64,000 nt of DNA from the IMG/VR virus record IMGVR_UViG_3300029258_005404. One strand, written 5' to 3'. This stretch comes from a virus. Of the stretch, positions 15,673 through 25,961 are shown in pieces; the stretch's first letter is position 1; every line of letters begins with the position of its first letter. The notes beneath the pieces were generated by a model. It was not told the origin of the DNA, made no database searches, and saw only the letters and a list, made by a program, of their open reading frames with translations. The position numbers were made by a program, and so were the translations under genes.

Positions 15673-16890
15673 ATGTCTGGTAATAATCAAGGAATAGAAG
15701 TTGTATATAATAATAGAAGATATAGAGCAATAGGTGAGGCTATGTGGGCTTGTTTTTTTGACATAATAGGAATAATTTTTGGTTATGAAGTAAAAAACAT
15801 CAGCGGTTGGTTGGTTGATTTTTATTTTTCATATATACCAGGATTATGTATAGATGGCTTTATTGAAAAGAAAATAGCATGTGAAAGAAAGGCTGCTGAA
15901 TATGATAATGATGCTCAGTTTACTCCATATCTTTCATATGTATACGAAAGAGGTGATCCAATTCTATTTATAGGGCATATACCTGGGTTTGCAAAGTATA
16001 AAATGTGTAAATATAATAAAATTCATTTTGCAACAGCTGTAAATCCAAGGACTGGTGAGCGAACTAAGTTGTACATTGGTTACAATCTTGACAAAGAAAA
16101 TATATTTGGACTTTACAGTAATAATGATAAAGTTGTTAAATGCACTGGTGAATATAAGCCGATTGACAGATCTGATATATCAATTGGTTTAAAAATGCTT
16201 GTTGATGACGCAAAAATAATAATAGATAAATTTTGCAGAAAAGGTAAGACTGGCCAAACAAGTAGGTACTTTGGAAAAATTAGATATTCATATAATGAAA
16301 TAAAGAAACTGCTTCTTCTAAAAAGAAGTGGAAAAAAAATTCACATCAAGAATGTGTTTAGATATCCTGATCTTAATATAAAAACACTATTCGACGCAGA
16401 ATATGAAGAATTAAAAGGAAAGCTTGTCGAATCCTGTATTGATGTATTTGATAATGAATGTTATTGGAAAGACTGCTGCACACTATCATCTACAGAATGT
16501 GTATCAAGGATATGTTATGCAAAAAGAAACCAGCTAGGATCATTTGTTGCTCTTATGAATCAATATAATAAAAAAATTGAAAAATGCGGGTTTATTCACG
16601 GTTGTTTTTATTGTAGATTTAAAGGTGGATATGCATGTAAAAATAAAATTGAAGATGCTGAAAAATATATTAGAATATCAAAAAAGACAAACCCTTGTAT
16701 ATATGTTTCAGTATGCAAAAAACTTTTGCAATGCGACCCTAATAAATGTGTTCAATATCATAATAACTGTGATGATATTAAGCATGTAAAATCTTCACCA
16801 TGCATCATGGGTAGTAATATGTTCGCATGTGATTTTTGTAGGATATATTCTAACTGTAATTGTGATTTAAAAAGAGATATATTTGGTTAA
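15673..16890 (+). CDS. Protein with N-terminal PD-(D/E)xK-like nuclease segment and Cys-rich C-terminus
   Basis: Y..RRYR...EA.WACFFD...I.FGYE...DFY resembles the phage FRSRLEARWAVFFD family; many Cys clusters distally. Confidence 0.5.
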   Translation: MSGNNQGIEVVYNNRRYRAIGEAMWACFFDIIGIIFGYEVKNISGWLVDFYFSYIPGLCIDGFIEKKIACERKAAEYDNDAQFTPYLSYVYERGDPILFIGHIPGFAKYKMCKYNKIHFATAVNPRTGERTKLYIGYNLDKENIFGLYSNNDKVVKCTGEYKPIDRSDISIGLKMLVDDAKIIIDKFCRKGKTGQTSRYFGKIRYSYNEIKKLLLLKRSGKKIHIKNVFRYPDLNIKTLFDAEYEELKGKLVESCIDVFDNECYWKDCCTLSSTECVSRICYAKRNQLGSFVALMNQYNKKIEKCGFIHGCFYCRFKGGYACKNKIEDAEKYIRISKKTNPCIYVSVCKKLLQCDPNKCVQYHNNCDDIKHVKSSPCIMGSNMFACDFCRIYSNCNCDLKRDIFG

Positions 16891-16921
16891 ACTATTAATA
16901 TTTTATAAGGAGTAAATAAAA

Positions 16922-18820
16922 ATGAATTTTAAATCAACAGATTTTGAAAAATCTGAATACAATGAGATTTCTGATGAGAAATATAAGAAAACAATGGATT
17001 CATTTTTTAAAGAAGATGATAATATTTCTACTGGCTATTATGGGTTTAAGATGAATGATCCATACAAACCGAAAATAACACTACCGAATGACGGAAATCC
17101 TCATAATAAAAAGTTGTCAATGTTTCCATTTCCGACATTTAGAAAGTTTCAAAAAAAATTACTTCAGAGAATGTTTGAGGTAGATGAAAAGTTTATTCTA
17201 TATCAAGGGCCTTGTGGAAGCGGTAAGTCTGCAACAGCTGTTACTTTTGCTATGAACCAGTCTAAAACATTTATACTTACTTCACAAAGAGTTCTTGAAG
17301 ATCAGTATATAAACGACTTCGGGTGCGATGATTTCGCTGTATTGAAAGCGAAGAGGCATTATCAATGTGAAGTGGATGATGCGTGTAATGCCGCAGAAGC
17401 AAGATGTTCACATGGTTTTAAGTGTGATGAGCTTTGTGATTACAGAATAGCAAGAGGAAAGGCTATGAATGCCAAGGTTGTTGTGATGAATTATACTTAT
17501 TTTCTTTATGCCACATATTTTGGTGATTATTTACCAATGGCAGATCTTATAATATACGATGAAGCTCATAATATTGAGAAGCAGCTTATGGCATTTATTA
17601 AAATAGATTTTAAAATTGGACATCTACTAGAATACGGTATTATAGAGATTCCAAGATACAAAAATGCTAATAATTATATTCAATGGATTAATGAGGTAGT
17701 AGATCATTATAAAGCTGATGTTCTTGAATCTAATAATTTATTAAAAAATAAACAAAAGGAGTGTAGTGATATTGAAGACAGAAAACCACCAAGCAGGTTT
17801 ATAGAAAAATTAGACAAATGGAAAATTGAACACGAGAAGATACTTGTTTCTATAAAGAAACTTGAGAAAAAAATAGAAGTTTTACACAAAAGAGTAATTA
17901 AAGTGGGTGATTTTATTAATTCGTTCAAAAAATATAAATGGGTTTATAAATTCTCATATGAAGGAGATACTCTAAAGGAAACAATAACATTCAAACCTGT
18001 ATCAGTTTCACAGTATGCAAATGAGATGTTATTCAAACATGGTAAAAGGCACCTTATGATGTCTGCAACAATACTCGACAGTGAAATGTTTTGTTATAAT
18101 ATTGGTATAGACCATACAAAAGTACATTACTTCGTAACACCATCTACATTCCCACCTGAAAACAGAAAAATATACTTTGTTAATGCTGGAAATATGTCTA
18201 ATAAAAAAAGAGATAAAAATATAGATAGTGCAGCAGAGATTGTAACGAAGATAATGGATATGTACTCGAATCAAAAGGGGCTTATATATACTAAAAATAA
18301 CAGTGTTAAAAATGAAATAAAGCGTGGACTTCCAGACAGGCACTTGGTAAGATTAAAAGACCACGAGAGATATGCTGATAGAAATGAATGCCTTAATGAG
18401 TTTTTGACGAATAAAACTAATAAAGTGCTTATCTCCCCATCGTTCAGTGAGGGTATTGACCTTAAGGATGATAGAGCAAGGTTTATAGTAATAGCCAAAG
18501 TTCCATGGCCAGATAAGGGAGACCCACAAGTTAAGACAAAAGACCAAATGGTGCCGGATTGGTATAGATTTCAAACCGCTCTCGATTTCCATCAGGTTTT
18601 GGGAAGGGGTGTTCGCCATGAAAAAGATTGGTGTGATATATATATACTCGATTCTGCTTTTGAAGGGTTAGTTTACCCAACAACATTTACAGGTGAAAGG
18701 CTTAAAAACTTTTTCTCTCATGATGTTATTGATTGTCTTGAATTAGATGAAGCAGGGTTTCCAGTTACTACTAATATTGACGATATAACACCATCAACAG
18801 GACCATCTGTAGTAAAATGA
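16922..18820 (+). CDS. DinG/Rad3-like SF2 ATP-dependent DNA helicase
   Basis: GPCGSGKS, DEAH, SAT, EGIDL, KVPWP, Q..GRGVRH motifs; Cys cluster consistent with FeS. Confidence 0.9.
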   Translation: MNFKSTDFEKSEYNEISDEKYKKTMDSFFKEDDNISTGYYGFKMNDPYKPKITLPNDGNPHNKKLSMFPFPTFRKFQKKLLQRMFEVDEKFILYQGPCGSGKSATAVTFAMNQSKTFILTSQRVLEDQYINDFGCDDFAVLKAKRHYQCEVDDACNAAEARCSHGFKCDELCDYRIARGKAMNAKVVVMNYTYFLYATYFGDYLPMADLIIYDEAHNIEKQLMAFIKIDFKIGHLLEYGIIEIPRYKNANNYIQWINEVVDHYKADVLESNNLLKNKQKECSDIEDRKPPSRFIEKLDKWKIEHEKILVSIKKLEKKIEVLHKRVIKVGDFINSFKKYKWVYKFSYEGDTLKETITFKPVSVSQYANEMLFKHGKRHLMMSATILDSEMFCYNIGIDHTKVHYFVTPSTFPPENRKIYFVNAGNMSNKKRDKNIDSAAEIVTKIMDMYSNQKGLIYTKNNSVKNEIKRGLPDRHLVRLKDHERYADRNECLNEFLTNKTNKVLISPSFSEGIDLKDDRARFIVIAKVPWPDKGDPQVKTKDQMVPDWYRFQTALDFHQVLGRGVRHEKDWCDIYILDSAFEGLVYPTTFTGERLKNFFSHDVIDCLELDEAGFPVTTNIDDITPSTGPSVVK

Positions 18821-19068
18821 TAACAATGAACTGGGCTTTACCATTAGATCAGCATGAAATTGAGGAATTAGGAGAATATAATATAGTACTGTCTGATGTT
18901 GGCATGATTAATAAAATGCTTCTAATTCCTACACATTTTTTGTTAGGAAAATATAATGTAAATAAATATAATTTTGATTCTGTAGGCTATGAGACACTTT
19001 TAAGAAGTATTAAAAACTCAGGATATGAATTTATTTCATTTGGGGTTAAGAATGGTACCAATTCTTAA
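18817..19068 (+). CDS. Hypothetical protein
   Basis: ATGA overlap with the helicase stop. Confidence 0.55.
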   Translation: MITMNWALPLDQHEIEELGEYNIVLSDVGMINKMLLIPTHFLLGKYNVNKYNFDSVGYETLLRSIKNSGYEFISFGVKNGTNS

Positions 19069-19570
19069 TAACTGGGTTGAATGTCCTAATGGTTTCTGTC
19101 GTAAAGATGAAATACTAATTAATAGTGTATACGATAGTGAGAGGTTTAAACACTACAGACAACAATACCCCCTCTACAATCACATCCTCCAACATCTCGG
19201 AGAATTTACTATACCTGAATATGAGCAAGGTTGGGCGCAACAAGAGGGAAGATTATTCCAGATGGTTGTTGATGAAATTGAGGATCTTGAGCAACCTCGT
19301 ACACCTATTATTGATACACCTATGTTTCCAGGTCTCTATATACAAGAGAATGAGCCAAACCGTAATAATCAATTATTTGTTGGAGGATGTGATTTTGGAA
19401 GGGATAATGACCAAGTAGGATTTTATATAAGTGGTAGTAGCTCTGGTAGCGGTATAAATATAAGCGCATCAAGTAGTGGCGCAGGTGTTGAACTTTCTAC
19501 AGGAGGTACCAATAATGCATCTCATATCCACTTTTTTAATCCACCTTTATCCACTGGCGGAAGTGCATAA
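19052..19570 (+). CDS. Hypothetical protein with Ser/Gly-rich C-terminus
   Basis: GGGG SD before ATG 19052 (track start 19025). Confidence 0.6.
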   Translation: MVPILNNWVECPNGFCRKDEILINSVYDSERFKHYRQQYPLYNHILQHLGEFTIPEYEQGWAQQEGRLFQMVVDEIEDLEQPRTPIIDTPMFPGLYIQENEPNRNNQLFVGGCDFGRDNDQVGFYISGSSSGSGINISASSSGAGVELSTGGTNNASHIHFFNPPLSTGGSA

Positions 19571-19760
19571 GCGATACCGTATTTTTCCCAATACAAAACA
19601 TGAATTTATTAAATGTCCATACTGCAATTCAATTTCAAAAGTATATTTTTTGGAGCTTCTTTTTATCGGTAAGTACTGCATAAATTGTGGAGCCAGACAT
19701 ATCGCCTGGAATGTAACACTTCCTCCATTTTATCGAAAAATAAAGAAACGATTGTTATAA
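19476..19760 (+). CDS. Small Zn-ribbon protein (true start uncertain)
   Basis: CPYC and CINC pairs. Confidence 0.4.
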   Translation: MAQVLNFLQEVPIMHLISTFLIHLYPLAEVHKRYRIFPNTKHEFIKCPYCNSISKVYFLELLFIGKYCINCGARHIAWNVTLPPFYRKIKKRLL

Positions 19761-19780
19761 CCAGCACAATTCTGGTATAA
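19753..19780 (+). promoter_or_regulatory. Phage promoter motif
   Basis: TGTTATAA-N12-TGGTATAA. Confidence 0.7.
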
Positions 19781-19851
19781 CCATTTTGTAAAATTTAATT
19801 AACATAAGGGCGTGCACACCCTTTTTTTTATTTAATATTAAAAACCGCGAG

Positions 19852-21864
19852 GTGGTGATGAGTAAATTAATCTTTAAAGACTTTAAAGATGCTGTACAGA
19901 AACAGTTCGATACTATGAAGAATAGGCCACTCTTTGTAGTCGAAGTGGAAAAGAATTATCTATGGAATATATATCTCAATAGCTTTCCCGAAGGTTACAA
20001 TAAAATGTTTCGTGAAAGGCTGGAATATGATTGCCAGTCATGTAAAACATTCATAAGGGCATGTGGCCATATGGTTAAAATCGTCGATAATAAAATGGTT
20101 TCAATATGGGATATTGATATTGAAGGTCCGTATAAAATTGTCGCCGATGCATTATCAAAAGCTGTTAAGAAAAGGCCTATCAGGAATGTATTTCGATATT
20201 TTCAGCAGAATGCAGGAACAAATAGTAATATGCAAATGCTCGAAGATGGAAATACAATTAAATGGGAGCATTTTTTTGTTAAACTTCCTGCACAGTATGT
20301 ACAAAGTGGTGATGATATTAATGTTACTTATTCGAACTGCAGAACACAGAAAGAATTATTCTGCCGGGCAATGAATGAGATAACTCTTGAATCAGCAGAA
20401 ACTGTTCGTGATCTTATTGAGCAGAATTCTCTTTACCGCGGTGAGGAGCATTTACCGACAATTAAGCTCTTCATAGCAGAAAAGAGTAAATATGATGTCG
20501 TTCCAGAAGAGGGCCGTGATATATATGAGTGGACAACCTCTTTAAGACTTGGTGGTAATTCAAGAATGAAAAATTCTGTTATCGGAACGCTCCTGGTAGA
20601 TTTATCGAATGGAGAATCGCTTGATAGGGCCGTTAGCTCGTTTGAGTCTAAAGTTGCACCCGCTAATTATAAACGACCTACTGCTCTTATTACAAAAGGT
20701 ATGATAAAGCAGGCTGAGAAGAAGGTAGAAGAGCTCGGCATAGAAAACTCCCTTTATAGACGGTTTGCTGTTACTGAAGATATAACAGTAAATAACGTTC
20801 TTTTTGCTGACAGAGAAGCAAAAAAGAAAATGGGAGCATTTGACACTCTTAAAAGCGAAGTTGCTGTTAATGAGAAAAAATACAGCAAGGTTGAAGAGGT
20901 TTCTGTTGATAAATTTATAAAAGACATTTTGCCAAATGTTGATTCTGTTGAAATGATATTCGAAAACAGACATATCAATAATTTGATGAGCCTTATTGCC
21001 CCAATGCAGCCTGATACAAAAAATATATTCCAATGGCACAATAATTTCTCATGGGCGTATAATGGTGATGTTACCGACTCAATTAAAGAACGTGTTAAGG
21101 CCGCCGGCGGGAGTGTTACCGGCGTTCTACGTTGTTCGCTCGGGTGGTTCAATTATGATGATTTGGATATCCATGTAATCGAACCTTATGGCAATGAGAT
21201 TTATTATGGAAATAAATCTTCTAGTACAGGTGGCTGTCTCGATGTTGATATGAATGCCGGTGGGTCACAATCTCGTAATGCTGTTGAAAATATTACGTGG
21301 CCAAGACTCTCTACAATGAAAGAGGGTAAGTATCAAGTATTTATCAACCAGTATAACAAGCGTGAAGATGATAACGTTGGATTTGATGCAGAAATTGAAT
21401 ATGGTGGTGAAATTCACCGGTTTCATTATCCGCGTCGTGTTTCAGGAAATGTTCATGTTGCCGAATTTACATTTTCTAAAAAAGGTGGTATAAAGTTTGG
21501 CAAATCAATGGAGTCAACTACAGCAAAAAAAACCGTATGGGGAATTTCTACCCAACAATTTCACAAGGTGAAATTGATTATGAATTCTCCAAATCATTGG
21601 GATGGTCATAAAACCGGTAATCGTCATGTGTTTTTTATACTTGATGGATGTAAAAACGACAAAGACGCAAGAGGATTTTTCAATGAATTCCTCAGTAATG
21701 AGTTGACTAAGCACAGAAAAGTGTTTGAAGTGCTTGGATCTAAACTCAAGGCCAAAGTTTCTGATGAACAATTAAGTGGTCTTGGTTTCTCAAGTACAAA
21801 GAGGAATTCTGTTGTTTGTAAGTTATCAGGGAATTTTTCCCGGACTATCAAAATAAACTTCTAA
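19852..21864 (+). CDS. Conserved phage protein (670 aa) with YfaP/DUF2135-like segment
   Basis: LR.SL.W...DDLDIHV.EP.G..IYY...GG.LDVDMNAGG...VENI.W motif. Confidence 0.6.
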   Translation: MVMSKLIFKDFKDAVQKQFDTMKNRPLFVVEVEKNYLWNIYLNSFPEGYNKMFRERLEYDCQSCKTFIRACGHMVKIVDNKMVSIWDIDIEGPYKIVADALSKAVKKRPIRNVFRYFQQNAGTNSNMQMLEDGNTIKWEHFFVKLPAQYVQSGDDINVTYSNCRTQKELFCRAMNEITLESAETVRDLIEQNSLYRGEEHLPTIKLFIAEKSKYDVVPEEGRDIYEWTTSLRLGGNSRMKNSVIGTLLVDLSNGESLDRAVSSFESKVAPANYKRPTALITKGMIKQAEKKVEELGIENSLYRRFAVTEDITVNNVLFADREAKKKMGAFDTLKSEVAVNEKKYSKVEEVSVDKFIKDILPNVDSVEMIFENRHINNLMSLIAPMQPDTKNIFQWHNNFSWAYNGDVTDSIKERVKAAGGSVTGVLRCSLGWFNYDDLDIHVIEPYGNEIYYGNKSSSTGGCLDVDMNAGGSQSRNAVENITWPRLSTMKEGKYQVFINQYNKREDDNVGFDAEIEYGGEIHRFHYPRRVSGNVHVAEFTFSKKGGIKFGKSMESTTAKKTVWGISTQQFHKVKLIMNSPNHWDGHKTGNRHVFFILDGCKNDKDARGFFNEFLSNELTKHRKVFEVLGSKLKAKVSDEQLSGLGFSSTKRNSVVCKLSGNFSRTIKINF

Positions 21865-21874
21865 GGAGTGTGTA

Positions 21875-22279
21875 ATGGATATTTTCGCTTACGCGACTCG
21901 TACAAAACTGAGGTTTGAAACGGACAGGGGTAACCTTACTGTAGAAGATCTCTGGGACCTTCCATTAACCGATGAAAATGGTGGGTTGTCGATCGATTCC
22001 ATCGGTAGAATTATGACAAAAGCTGTGAGAGATAATGAAGGTAATGAAGCTTTTGTTTCTACAAAAGAAAAGGATGATGAAGGCCTACCGTTAAAAGTAA
22101 AGCTTCAAATCCTTGAACATATAAGGGATCACAAGGTTGAATATGCTGCCCGGGCTGAAAAAGCTGTATTGACCAAGGCACGGAAGCAGAAAATCCTTGA
22201 GATTATTGAACAGAAAAAGGTTGGCGCACTTGAGGAAAAGAGTGTGGAAGAGCTTCAAGAGCTGCTTGATTCAATGTAA
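21875..22279 (+). CDS. Phage hypothetical protein, partner of the upstream gene
   Basis: AAGGAG SD; KLRF.T.RG.LTVEDLWDLPL motif, coiled-coil C-terminus. Confidence 0.7.
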   Translation: MDIFAYATRTKLRFETDRGNLTVEDLWDLPLTDENGGLSIDSIGRIMTKAVRDNEGNEAFVSTKEKDDEGLPLKVKLQILEHIRDHKVEYAARAEKAVLTKARKQKILEIIEQKKVGALEEKSVEELQELLDSM

Positions 22280-22306
22280 TAAAATGACGGGCTTGTTCAG
22301 CCTCTA

Positions 22307-22334
22307 CGTGATTATCGTATATTATCTGGTATAA
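22307..22334 (+). promoter_or_regulatory. Phage promoter motif variant
   Basis: CGTGATTA-N12-TGGTATAA. Confidence 0.55.
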
Positions 22335-22387
22335 TGATAATGTAAGATAAAAACAGCCCTCGTGCAACGAGGAGAAAGGGGTCTCAT

Positions 22388-22516
22388 ATGGTAAAAGAGA
22401 TTCTTAAAATATCTGCTGCATTAGTAGTAGGTATAGTCGGGACAATTCTTACCCCAAAGGTTATCAGAAAGCGGGGTAAGAAAGCTGAGAAAGCTCCCGA
22501 AGAAAAAGGTGAATAA
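22388..22516 (+). CDS. 42-aa small membrane protein (not in track)
   Basis: GGAGAAAGGGG upstream; MVKEILKISAALVVGIVGTILTPKVIRKRGKKAEKAPEEKGE. Confidence 0.55.
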   Translation: MVKEILKISAALVVGIVGTILTPKVIRKRGKKAEKAPEEKGE

Positions 22517-22628
22517 AACGAAATCTCAGCAGCTGAGGATAATAATAAAGTCGGGGTAACTTTCTTGAAAACATCTTAAAATCCTATTGACATTCCGACA
22601 TCAATAGGTGTCCTCATTTTCGAATGAA

Positions 22629-22663
22629 GGCTAGGTTATAATTGTAACCTAGTCTTTTTTTTT
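22629..22663 (+). terminator. Rho-independent terminator
   Basis: GGCTAGGTTA/TAACCTAGTC stem plus T9. Confidence 0.8.
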
Positions 22664-22704
22664 AATTATTAATAAGCAATTTATTTAAAATATTAGTAAA
22701 ATAA

Positions 22705-22732
22705 TGTGATTCTTTTTATATTCATGGTATAA
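22705..22732 (+). promoter_or_regulatory. Phage promoter motif variant
   Basis: TGTGATTC-N12-TGGTATAA. Confidence 0.55.
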
Positions 22733-22775
22733 ATAATATAGTAAGTCATATATATTAATTTCACAGGAGGATTAT

Positions 22776-22937
22776 ATGCCATTCTATGATGATTCTCTTG
22801 ATGAAGAGATGTCATTTCCTGAAGTCAGAAGTGCAGAGGAATTAGACGAAGAGGCGTTTGGGGATGTAAGAGGTAATTTTTCACAGCGCCAAACCGTTGA
22901 CGATGATAGTTATTACGGGCACTTATTGGACTCGTAG
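22776..22937 (+). CDS. 53-aa highly acidic protein (not in track)
   Basis: AGGAGG SD; 16 D/E versus 3 R; own promoter motif upstream. Confidence 0.65.
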   Translation: MPFYDDSLDEEMSFPEVRSAEELDEEAFGDVRGNFSQRQTVDDDSYYGHLLDS

Positions 22938-23127
22938 CTACGAGAAGGTGACTGGTAGAGAAGTTATTAATCACCATAATGTATTGTGATGTTAATAATG
23001 GATCCCGGTCGCCTTTTTTTTTAAAGGCATAATAGTGTCAGGGGGTTAAACCAATGATATGGAAAATATTATGGTGGACTGGGATTGTTCTGTCCCTGTT
23101 CATAATTAATTTACAGACTACTTTATA

Positions 23128-23151
23128 GGCGCTTTGCAGCGCCTTTTTTTT
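23128..23151 (+). terminator. Rho-independent terminator
   Basis: GGCGCT-TTGC-AGCGCC plus T8. Confidence 0.75.
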
Positions 23152-23168
23152 AAATCAGGAGGATAGCT

Positions 23169-24071
23169 GTGAATATATTTAGAAAAATTGAAGAAACAAA
23201 AGCCCTTATTAAAAAAATGAAAGACAGAATGCCAACCAATATACAGGCAGTAAATGTTGCTTATGATTTTATAACATTATATGAGAAATTAAATCTCTGG
23301 CAATCATTAGGTTCAAAAACATTCCGTTTATCCAAAGAGCTTATTGATGCTTTTACACTTACTGATATACCTCTTGATATTACTCCGAACGAATTTAAAT
23401 ATCCATTTGATACATTTCTTATTGAGGGCGAGAAGCCTTTATACCAGGTTCAAATTCGCAAAAACGATTATGCAGATGTGCACTGTCTGCTTTTTATTGA
23501 CAAAAGAGCAATAATAAAACAGCCTGGTGATAGATACCTTACACGCAATGGTGAATGGCTTGACGATCTTGAATGGGATCTATCTGTATCAGGATTATCT
23601 CCCGGCCTTGACGGATATGGGCTTGATCACATGTGGTTAAATATGAAAAATCATGAAACAATTGAAAACGCTCTTAAAGTAGAAAATCAAGCAAAAGAAT
23701 ATCGTGATACAGTATCGATACCTGAAGCCAAAAGGGCTTCGAATATTTTCTTTAATACGATAATGTATATCAACGATCCAACAAGGATACCTGTGGAGAC
23801 TGAGTCGAGAGGGAGAGCTAAATATAAATTAAGCGGTAAAAAAAGAACAATAAAGAATGAATATATTTTACTTCGTCCACCGAGAAATTACATTTCAATT
23901 CCTGGAGTCGGAACTGGTAGAAAAGTTGATAAGCGATTTATTGTTCGTGGTCATTATCGCAACCAAGTATATGGAAAGGGTCGATTAGAACGAAAAAGAA
24001 TTTGGATTATGCCATTCTGGAAAGGACCTGAATTAGCTGAGATTGTATCAAAAAAATATAAGGTGGAATAA
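23169..24071 (+). CDS. Phage hypothetical protein
   Basis: AGGAGG SD; C-terminal VRGHYR.Q..G.G...RK.IWI.PFWKG motif common in phage proteins. Confidence 0.7.
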   Translation: MNIFRKIEETKALIKKMKDRMPTNIQAVNVAYDFITLYEKLNLWQSLGSKTFRLSKELIDAFTLTDIPLDITPNEFKYPFDTFLIEGEKPLYQVQIRKNDYADVHCLLFIDKRAIIKQPGDRYLTRNGEWLDDLEWDLSVSGLSPGLDGYGLDHMWLNMKNHETIENALKVENQAKEYRDTVSIPEAKRASNIFFNTIMYINDPTRIPVETESRGRAKYKLSGKKRTIKNEYILLRPPRNYISIPGVGTGRKVDKRFIVRGHYRNQVYGKGRLERKRIWIMPFWKGPELAEIVSKKYKVE

Positions 24072-24072
24072 T

Positions 24073-24384
24073 ATGGATAAATTATTGGAAGAATTAGTTA
24101 AAGCTGCTATGTCGGAAGCTTACCCTGAAGGTGATGATAGTAATCCTGATGATGATTTTGTTAGTTGTAATAAAAATGGTTTTCGAGTTGCCTTTAGGAA
24201 AGTACTAATCCAAAATTCTCACACTATGGCTAAAAAATCCATATCGAACAATAAACAAATTGATGCCATTGCCTTGAAAGAAGAGATTCAAGAAGTATTG
24301 CGCGGTTATATTTTTTCAAATGAAGTGTCCAGAATAACCGATTGCATAATGAAAAAAATAGAACAAAGGATACATATTTCGTAA
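24073..24384 (+). CDS. Hypothetical protein
   Basis: ATG follows the upstream stop; AGGTGG SD. Confidence 0.55.
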   Translation: MDKLLEELVKAAMSEAYPEGDDSNPDDDFVSCNKNGFRVAFRKVLIQNSHTMAKKSISNNKQIDAIALKEEIQEVLRGYIFSNEVSRITDCIMKKIEQRIHIS

Positions 24385-24423
24385 ATTATTGTATTTAATC
24401 CAAAATTTTCAAGGATATTTTAT

Positions 24424-24633
24424 ATGGCAAAACGATATATAATAGTTGAAAAATGCAGTGAAAAGACGTGTCCGTATTATGAGATTCATCCGATATTAAA
24501 AAAACGATATTGTAAATTAGTTAGTAAAAATTATGGCGACATAATTGATTCTAGGGTTAAAACATTTCCAAGGTTTTGTCCATTGGATAATATTAAATGT
24601 CCGCATTGTGGAGGTAAATTTTATACTGAATAA
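24424..24633 (+). CDS. Small Cys-rich (Zn-binding) protein
   Basis: Several Cys motifs including CPHCG; AAGGA SD. Confidence 0.55.
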   Translation: MAKRYIIVEKCSEKTCPYYEIHPILKKRYCKLVSKNYGDIIDSRVKTFPRFCPLDNIKCPHCGGKFYTE

Positions 24634-24652
24634 CCTTATAGGAGAAAAAAAA

Positions 24653-24886
24653 ATGTTTTTATTTGAATGTTTGTTAAAGTTTCCATATCACTTACGTAGA
24701 TTGCCTGAAAAGGTATATGTAATTGCTGAATCTCCCGACGATGCCAAATTGTTAATAACAAAAGGTCAATATAAGTCAATTGACATTAAAATGTTATGCG
24801 AGCAAAAAAACATTCTTTCCTCAGATAATAAGAATTCTGACGATGATAAACCAATAACAAACAGATTCCTAAGATATACAGACTAA
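24653..24886 (+). CDS. Hypothetical protein
   Basis: AGGAG SD before ATG 24653. Confidence 0.55.
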   Translation: MFLFECLLKFPYHLRRLPEKVYVIAESPDDAKLLITKGQYKSIDIKMLCEQKNILSSDNKNSDDDKPITNRFLRYTD

Positions 24887-24944
24887 TATTAGACATTACA
24901 AGTTGAAAGAATAATAATATGTAAATTAATAAAATAAAATAAGT

Positions 24945-25045
24945 GAAAGTCTCACCCGAATTGGATAGAAATATCTGCCAGTAGTACCAGCAACTGTACG
25001 ACTGGGGCTATCTCCGTGTTCACCAGGAGACTTGGTGAGACTTTC
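24945..25045. ncRNA. Structured intergenic RNA element
   Basis: 12-bp closing stem GAAAGTCTCACC/GGTGAGACTTTC with nested stems. Confidence 0.45.
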
Positions 25046-25083
25046 CTTTCTTTTTAACAAGAAGGGGGTCTAATGTAAATTAA

Positions 25084-25881
25084 ATGGAAAAAAAGGCTAG
25101 TATTATAAGAGATAAAGAGCAAGAGCGCATATACCATTCTTTGCTCAGTGGACATTTTAAAACCGTAACCCTCGAGAAATATAATGACGCAATGATGAAT
25201 TTAATGTTTCAAGAGGCTTGTGACAAAGTGCTTGGTAAAAATTTTTCCAAGAATCGAATAAGCAAACGTAAAGAAAAAAAAATAAAAGATTATGTTGCAA
25301 ATAAAATTCGAAAAAAGTATGGTAAGTGGGTTAATCTTACCAATGTAAAATTAAAGAAAAATGGCCAAATGGCTTTTAGAACAAATCTTGACAGAACATT
25401 TATTGTTCCTGACAGAGGTAGATTATACGGTGCTTACTATCATACAATAAGTGGAAATGTATTTTTTACTGAACATTGTCTTGAACGGTTTGAAGAACGG
25501 GCAAATATGGAATTTCTTGATGGTATAATAAATGCTGCCAGGAGAGGTCTTAATGCAGAGCCAACTGCAGTTGATATTTTATCATTACTTATAAATTATG
25601 GCCCGCTTGATTATGGTAGAAATAAAGACCATCTTCATATAAGCGTATTATCTGGAATAATTGCGCTTGAAGATCTTGGAGATGTATTTATAGCAAAAAC
25701 ATTTCTTTCTGAGAACATGATTAAAGATATACAATGGTATCGACCCGAAATTGGAAATCGCAGTGAAGCAATGTCATTTGTCAGTGTATTACAATCGCCG
25801 TGTAAAAAAATAGATAAGCCCCTTTTATATACAACAGCAATAGAAGAAGCTCGTAAACTCTACAATGAAAGCGTGGATTAA
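25084..25881 (+). CDS. Hypothetical protein
   Basis: 265-aa ORF with normal codon usage. Confidence 0.7.
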   Translation: MEKKASIIRDKEQERIYHSLLSGHFKTVTLEKYNDAMMNLMFQEACDKVLGKNFSKNRISKRKEKKIKDYVANKIRKKYGKWVNLTNVKLKKNGQMAFRTNLDRTFIVPDRGRLYGAYYHTISGNVFFTEHCLERFEERANMEFLDGIINAARRGLNAEPTAVDILSLLINYGPLDYGRNKDHLHISVLSGIIALEDLGDVFIAKTFLSENMIKDIQWYRPEIGNRSEAMSFVSVLQSPCKKIDKPLLYTTAIEEARKLYNESVD

Positions 25882-25933
25882 TAATCTACGTTGCTTGACT
25901 ATGAGTTGAGCTTCTTTTTTAGTTATTAGATAT

Positions 25934-25961
25934 TGTTATAAAATATGAAAATCTGGTATAA
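25934..25961 (+). promoter_or_regulatory. Phage promoter motif
   Basis: TGTTATAA-N12-TGGTATAA. Confidence 0.7.
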
